DNA from: Nemertoderma westbladi
Taxonomy: Eukaryota > Animalia > Xenacoelomorpha
Direction: 5' to 3'
Length of the DNA: 64,000 bases
Assembly: GCA_032718475.1 (NCBI GenBank)
Contig: JAUCBJ010007484.1
Location: forward strand, 124,001 to 188,000
Below, one piece after another: positions 57,484 to 64,000 of the stretch. The first letter of the stretch is position 1. Each line of letters opens with the position of its first letter. Under the pieces are notes generated by a model. It searched no databases, had not been told where the DNA came from, and saw only the letters and a list, made by a program, of their open reading frames with translations. The position numbers and the translations under genes were made by a program.

Positions 57484-60400
57484 AAGTAACTAAGAGCACA
57501 AACAGTAAAACTAAGTAACTAAGAGCACAAACAGTAAAACTAAGTAACTAAGAGCACAAACAGTCAAACTAAGTAACTAAGAGCACAAACAGTCAAACTA
57601 AGTAACTAAGAGCACAAACAGTAAAACTAAGTAACTAAGAGCACAAACAGTCAAACTAAGTAACTAAGAGCACAAACAGTAAAACTAAGTAACTAAGAGC
57701 ACAAACAGTCAAACTAAGTAACTAAGAGCACAAACAGTCAAACTAAGTAACTAAGAGCACAAACAGTCAAACTAAGTAACTAAGAGCACAAACAGTCAAA
57801 CTAAGTAACTAAGAGCACAAACAGTCAAACTAAGTAACTAAGAGCACAAACAGTCAAACTAAGTAACTAAGAGCACAAACAGTAAAACTAAGTAACTAAG
57901 AGCACAAACAGTCAAACTAAGTAACTAAGAGCACAAACAGTAAAACTAAGTAACTAAGAGCACAAACAGTAAAACTAAGTAACTAAGAGCACAAACAGTA
58001 AAACTAAGTAACTAAGAGCACAAACAGTAAAACTAAGTAACTAAGAGCACAAACAGTCAAACTAAGTAACTAAGAGCACAAACAGTCAAACTAAGTAACT
58101 AAGAGCACAAACAGTCAAACTAAGTAACTAAGAGCACAAACAGTAAAACTAAGTAACTAAGAGCACAAACAGTCAAACTAAGTAACTAAGAGCACAAACA
58201 GTCAAACTAAGTAACTAAGAGCACAAACAGTCAAACTAAGTAACTAAGAGCACAAACAGTAAAACTAAGTAACTAAGAGCACAAACAGTAAAACTAAGTA
58301 ACTAAGAGCACAAACAGTCAAACTAAGTAACTAAGAGCACAAACAGTCAAACTAAGTAACTAAGAGCACAAACAGTAAAACTAAGTAACTAAGAGCACAA
58401 ACAGTCAAACTAAGTAACTAAGAGCACAAACAGTCAAACTAAGTAACTAAGAGCACAAACAGTCAAACTAAGTAACTAAGAGCACAAACAGTCAAACTAA
58501 GTAACTAAGAGCACAAACAGTAAAACTAAGTAACTAAGAGCACAAACAGTCAAACTAAGTAACTAAGAGCACAAACAGTAAAACTAAGTAACTAAGAGCA
58601 CAAACAGTAAAACTAAGTAACTAAGAGCACAAACAGTAAAACTAAGTAACTAAGAGCACAAACAGTCAAACTAAGTAACTAAGAGCACAAACAGTCAAAC
58701 TAAGTAACTAAGAGCACAAACAGTCAAACTAAGTAACTAAGAGCACAAACAGTAAAACTAAGTAACTAAGAGCACAAACAGTCAAACTAAGTAACTAAGA
58801 GCACAAACAGTCAAACTAAGTAACTAAGAGCACAAACAGTAAAACTAAGTAACTAAGAGCACAAACAGTCAAACTAAGTAACTAAGAGCACAAACAGTCA
58901 AACTAAGTAACTAAGAGCACAAACAGTCAAACTAAGTAACTAAGAGCACAAACAGTAAAACTAAGTAACTAAGAGCACAAACAGTCAAACTAAGTAACTA
59001 AGAGCACAAACAGTCAAACTAAGTAACTAAGAGCACAAACAGTCAAACTAAGTAACTAAGAGCACAAACAGTCAAACTAAGTAACTAAGAGCACAAACAG
59101 TAAAACTAAGTAACTAAGAGCACAAACAGTCAAACTAAGTAACTAAGAGCACAAACAGTCAAACTAAGTAACTAAGAGCACAAACAGTAAAACTAAGTAA
59201 CTAAGAGCACAAACAGTAAAACTAAGTAACTAAGAGCACAAACAGTCAAACTAAGTAACTAAGAGCACAAACAGTCAAACTAAGTAACTAAGAGCACAAA
59301 CAGTAAAACTAAGTAACTAAGAGCACAAACAGTCAAACTAAGTAACTAAGAGCACAAACAGTCAAACTAAGTAACTAAGAGCACAAACAGTCAAACTAAG
59401 TAACTAAGAGCACAAACAGTAAAACTAAGTAACTAAGAGCACAAACAGTCAAACTAAGTAACTAAGAGCACAAACAGTCAAACTAAGTAACTAAGAGCAC
59501 AAACAGTAAAACTAAGTAACTAAGAGCACAAACAGTCAAACTAAGTAACTAAGAGCACAAACAGTAAAACTAAGTAACTAAGAGCACAAACAGTCAAACT
59601 AAGTAACTAAGAGCACAAACAGTCAAACTAAGTAACTAAGAGCACAAACAGTCAAACTAAGTAACTAAGAGCACAAACAGTAAAACTAAGTAACTAAGAG
59701 CACAAACAGTCAAACTAAGTAACTAAGAGCACAAACAGTCAAACTAAGTAACTAAGAGCACAAACAGTAAAACTAAGTAACTAAGAGCACAAACAGTCAA
59801 ACTAAGTAACTAAGAGCACAAACAGTCAAACTAAGTAACTAAGAGCACAAACAGTAAAACTAAGTAACTAAGAGCACAAACAGTCAAACTAAGTAACTAA
59901 GAGCACAAACAGTCAAACTAAGTAACTAAGAGCACAAACAGTAAAACTAAGTAACTAAGAGCACAAACAGTCAAACTAAGTAACTAAGAGCACAAACAGT
60001 CAAACTAAGTAACTAAGAGCACAAACAGTCAAACTAAGTAACTAAGAGCACAAACAGTAAAACTAAGTAACTAAGAGCACAAACAGTCAAACTAAGTAAC
60101 TAAGAGCACAAACAGTCAAACTAAGTAACTAAGAGCACAAACAGTCAAACTAAGTAACTAAGAGCACAAACAGTAAAACTAAGTAACTAAGAGCACAAAC
60201 AGTAAAACTAAGTAACTAAGAGCACAAACAGTCAAACTAAGTAACTAAGAGCACAAACAGTCAAACTAAGTAACTAAGAGCACAAACAGTAAAACTAAGT
60301 AACTAAGAGCACAAACAGTAAAACTAAGTAACTAAGAGCACAAACAGTCAAACTAAGTAACTAAGAGCACAAACAGTCAAACTAAGTAACTAAGAGCACA

Positions 60401-62412
60401 AACAGTAAAACTAAGTAACTAAGAGCACAAACAGTCAAACTAAGTAACTAAGAGCACAAACAGTCAAACTAAGTAACTAAGAGCACAAACAGTAAAACTA
60501 AGTAACTAAGAGCACAAACAGTCAAACTAAGTAACTAAGAGCACAAACAGTCAAACTAAGTAACTAAGAGCACAAACAGTCAAACTAAGTAACTAAGAGC
60601 ACAAACAGTCAAACTAAGTAACTAAGAGCACAAACAGTAAAACTAAGTAACTAAGAGCACAAACAGTAAAACTAAGTAACTAAGAGCACAAACAGTCAAA
60701 CTAAGTAACTAAGAGCACAAACAGTCAAACTAAGTAACTAAGAGCACAAACAGTCAAACTAAGTAACTAAGAGCACAAACAGTAAAACTAAGTAACTAAG
60801 AGCACAAACAGTCAAACTAAGTAACTAAGAGCACAAACAGTCAAACTAAGTAACTAAGAGCACAAACAGTAAAACTAAGTAACTAAGAGCACAAACAGTC
60901 AAACTAAGTAACTAAGAGCACAAACAGTCAAACTAAGTAACTAAGAGCACAAACAGTAAAACTAAGTAACTAAGAGCACAAACAGTCAAACTAAGTAACT
61001 AAGAGCACAAACAGTCAAACTAAGTAACTAAGAGCACAAACAGTCAAACTAAGTAACTAAGAGCACAAACAGTCAAACTAAGTAACTAAGAGCACAAACA
61101 GTAAAACTAAGTAACTAAGAGCACAAACAGTCAAACTAAGTAACTAAGAGCACAAACAGTCAAACTAAGTAACTAAGAGCACAAACAGTAAAACTAAGTA
61201 ACTAAGAGCACAAACAGTCAAACTAAGTAACTAAGAGCACAAACAGTCAAACTAAGTAACTAAGAGCACAAACAGTAAAACTAAGTAACTAAGAGCACAA
61301 ACAGTCAAACTAAGTAACTAAGAGCACAAACAGTCAAACTAAGTAACTAAGAGCACAAACAGTCAAACTAAGTAACTAAGAGCACAAACAGTAAAACTAA
61401 GTAACTAAGAGCACAAACAGTCAAACTAAGTAACTAAGAGCACAAACAGTCAAACTAAGTAACTAAGAGCACAAACAGTCAAACTAAGTAACTAAGAGCA
61501 CAAACAGTAAAACTAAGTAACTAAGAGCACAAACAGTAAAACTAAGTAACTAAGAGCACAAACAGTCAAACTAAGTAACTAAGAGCACAAACAGTCAAAC
61601 TAAGTAACTAAGAGCACAAACAGTAAAACTAAGTAACTAAGAGCACAAACAGTCAAACTAAGTAACTAAGAGCACAAACAGTCAAACTAAGTAACTAAGA
61701 GCACAAACAGTAAAACTAAGTAACTAAGAGCACAAACAGTCAAACTAAGTAACTAAGAGCACAAACAGTAAAACTAAGTAACTAAGAGCACAAACAGTCA
61801 AACTAAGTAACTAAGAGCACAAACAGTCAAACTAAGTAACTAAGAGCACAAACAGTCAAACTAAGTAACTAAGAGCACAAACAGTAAAACTAAGTAACTA
61901 AGAGCACAAACAGTAAAACTAAGTAACTAAGAGCACAAACAGTCAAACTAAGTAACTAAGAGCACAAACAGTCAAACTAAGTAACTAAGAGCACAAACAG
62001 TAAAACTAAGTAACTAAGAGCACAAACAGTCAAACTAAGTAACTAAGAGCACAAACAGTCAAACTAAGTAACTAAGAGCACAAACAGTAAAACTAAGTAA
62101 CTAAGAGCACAAACAGTCAAACTAAGTAACTAAGAGCACAAACAGTAAAACTAAGTAACTAAGAGCACAAACAGTCAAACTAAGTAACTAAGAGCACAAA
62201 CAGTCAAACTAAGTAACTAAGAGCACAAACAGTCAAACTAAGTAACTAAGAGCACAAACAGTCAAACTAAGTAACTAAGAGCACAAACAGTAAAACTAAG
62301 TAACTAAGAGCACAAACAGTCAAACTAAGTAACTAAGAGCACAAACAGTAAAACTAAGTAACTAAGAGCACAAACAGTAAAACTAAGTAACTAAGAGCAC
62401 ACACAGTAAAAA
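57484..62412. repeat. 29-bp tandem satellite (~170 copies)
   Basis: Unit AAGTAACTAAGAGCACAAACAGT(A/C)AAACT. Confidence 0.98.
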
Positions 62413-62455
62413 CAATAATAATAATAATATATTATATAATCTATATAAGAAATTT

Positions 62456-62625
62456 CGCACTGTTGTGTCCCTAGGCAAGACACTTTAGACATTAGTGCCT
62501 ACGCCAACCCAGCGTTATAATGGGAACCTGGCTTTGCTGGGGTAATGATAATAAAAGCGCTTTGAGTATGCCGAGCATAATAAAGCGCTATATAAATAAC
62601 CAATATTATTATTATTATTATATAT
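62456..62625 (+). mobile_element. 5'-truncated SINE (CORE-like central domain, L2-like tail)
   Basis: TGTGTCCCTAGGCAAGACACTTTA...ACCCAG..AATGGG..; AAAGCGCTTTGAG...AAAGCGCTATATAAAT; (ATT)n tail. Confidence 0.7.
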
Positions 62626-63214
62626 TACCATTATAAAATTCCCAATGTTGTATAGCCATGTACAAAACTCATTATAAGTTATTGAGAATGGAAATGGATG
62701 AAAATGAAAGTGGAATGTATAATACTGATGTTAAGCAAAGAAAATTTGACGACATCCACGTAGTTTTAATATATTTATTTATTTATATTTATATTTTATG
62801 TCTTACAGCCTTGGAGTTGTATAGGCGTTATACTGGTAACATTCGTAATGTCCCGGCAAGTGAAATGCCAAGTATACCAGTTGCTCTATTGTATGTAGTA
62901 CTAATTTACTATCAGTAATACCTTAGTTCCTTATTTTAGTTCTAATGTAATCCACCCTATTCTATTGCATTGCAATGGGACCGGGAACTGGAAAGCAAAA
63001 GGGTTGGATGTATTGAAGGAAATAATTTACTCCGTTTACATTTACATCAATTATGGAGAATATCATTGTTATTATTTCCCAAATATGTATATTTTCCAAA
63101 TATGCTTCGTTTCCTTTTCGTTATGCCATCCATGCCTACAACTACTACACAACAACTTCAACAATACTATACTAAAATCAGTTTACAATAATCAGCCAGG
63201 TATTAATATAGACA

Positions 63215-63600
63215 ATTATTATGTTCCGAGTTTCAAACTGTGTTCGTCTCTCAGAAGCAAAGACACTAATCGAATTGCAATTAATACCGTCACTGCTATG
63301 TTAGGGGGGATGCCAGCTGATTGAATTCTAAGCACTGGGTCGTTCAAATGTTTTATTTGTAAATCTTCAGATTTCCTTACAGTAAGAAAATCGTGTCTGT
63401 TTGTTTGTCTGTCTGACTGTCTGTTTGTCACACGAAAGCCTCCGAAACTATCCGGTCAATTGTGTTGTTTTTTACCCTCCTGCAGTGTATGGTCTGAATG
63501 GGTGTGTAAAGAAATTTTCAGAAAAATACAGTAATTAGTTTTTGCAAAAAATGAAATAAACGAAAAGTGCCATAGACGCAATGGTAAAATTACACCAATA
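63215..63600 (+). mobile_element. Possible Helentron-type non-autonomous repeat with (TGTC)n tract
   Basis: TGTCTGTTTGTTTGTCTGTCTG...GTCAC tract at ~63393-63431, in a context resembling HINE/DINE cores; ends not defined. Confidence 0.3.
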
Positions 63601-64000
63601 ACAGCAGGTGTTCATGATGAAAAATGGCTTGTAATGGATTTATACTCAGGCTTAGTATAAATCGATGAGGTTGCCAAGATTATTGTACTTACTACTTAGT
63701 ACACCCATACTGTTTGCTTAGGCCCTACTGCCTATACTCCACCCCTTATACAAATTCTTCATAGGGTAGGTGTGTGTTAAATATTTCATACAGCTGATAG
63801 CCTTATCAGTAAAGGTATGGGCGAATGTGAATTATTCATAATTCCAGGTGAATGAATTTTAGTAATAATGTAGGCTTTTAACTGTAGTACTGTACTGTTA
63901 TAGTATAATAATAATGAATGGAGATTGACCCAACTACTACTGGTGTCTTTGCTTGAACACAGTTAATAAAAAGCCAGCTATAAGAACAAACAAACGTAGT

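Noticed and set aside
62658-63431. Short ORFs near the window end as host exons
   Set aside because: AT-rich, no recognisable domains or convincing splice structure.

Overview
Repeat-dense, heterochromatin-like DNA from an animal (probably invertebrate) genome, with no recognisable host gene. Three satellites (52, 23 and 29 bp units) flank a nested pile of retroelements. An old minus-strand BEL/Pao element (E1; 3' LTR 16389-17134, pol remnants 36378-37847 and 50954-51520) has received two related BEL/Pao insertions with target-site duplications (TSDs): E2 (18886-32926, minus) and the internally deleted E3 (37848-50948, plus). E3 in turn carries a very young, intact CsRn1-type Gypsy element (E4, 40413-45679). 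Also present are CR1/L2-group and RTE LINE remnants, Helentron-like non-autonomous repeats and a SINE fragment. Highlights: (1) E2 and E1, two divergent BEL/Pao families, both carry an extra post-pol ORF that looks like a DEDDy 3'-5' exonuclease fused to three zinc knuckles; (2) the E4 Gypsy integrase ends in a LEDGF/HDGF-like PWWP domain and its LTRs end in TA..TA; (3) E2/E3 lack a tRNA primer-binding site (PBS) and instead have a covarying LTR-leader stem, suggesting possible self-priming; (4) a ~6.9 kb inversion splits a LINE at a 4-nt microhomology. Domain calls come from motif recognition by eye; no database searches were run.
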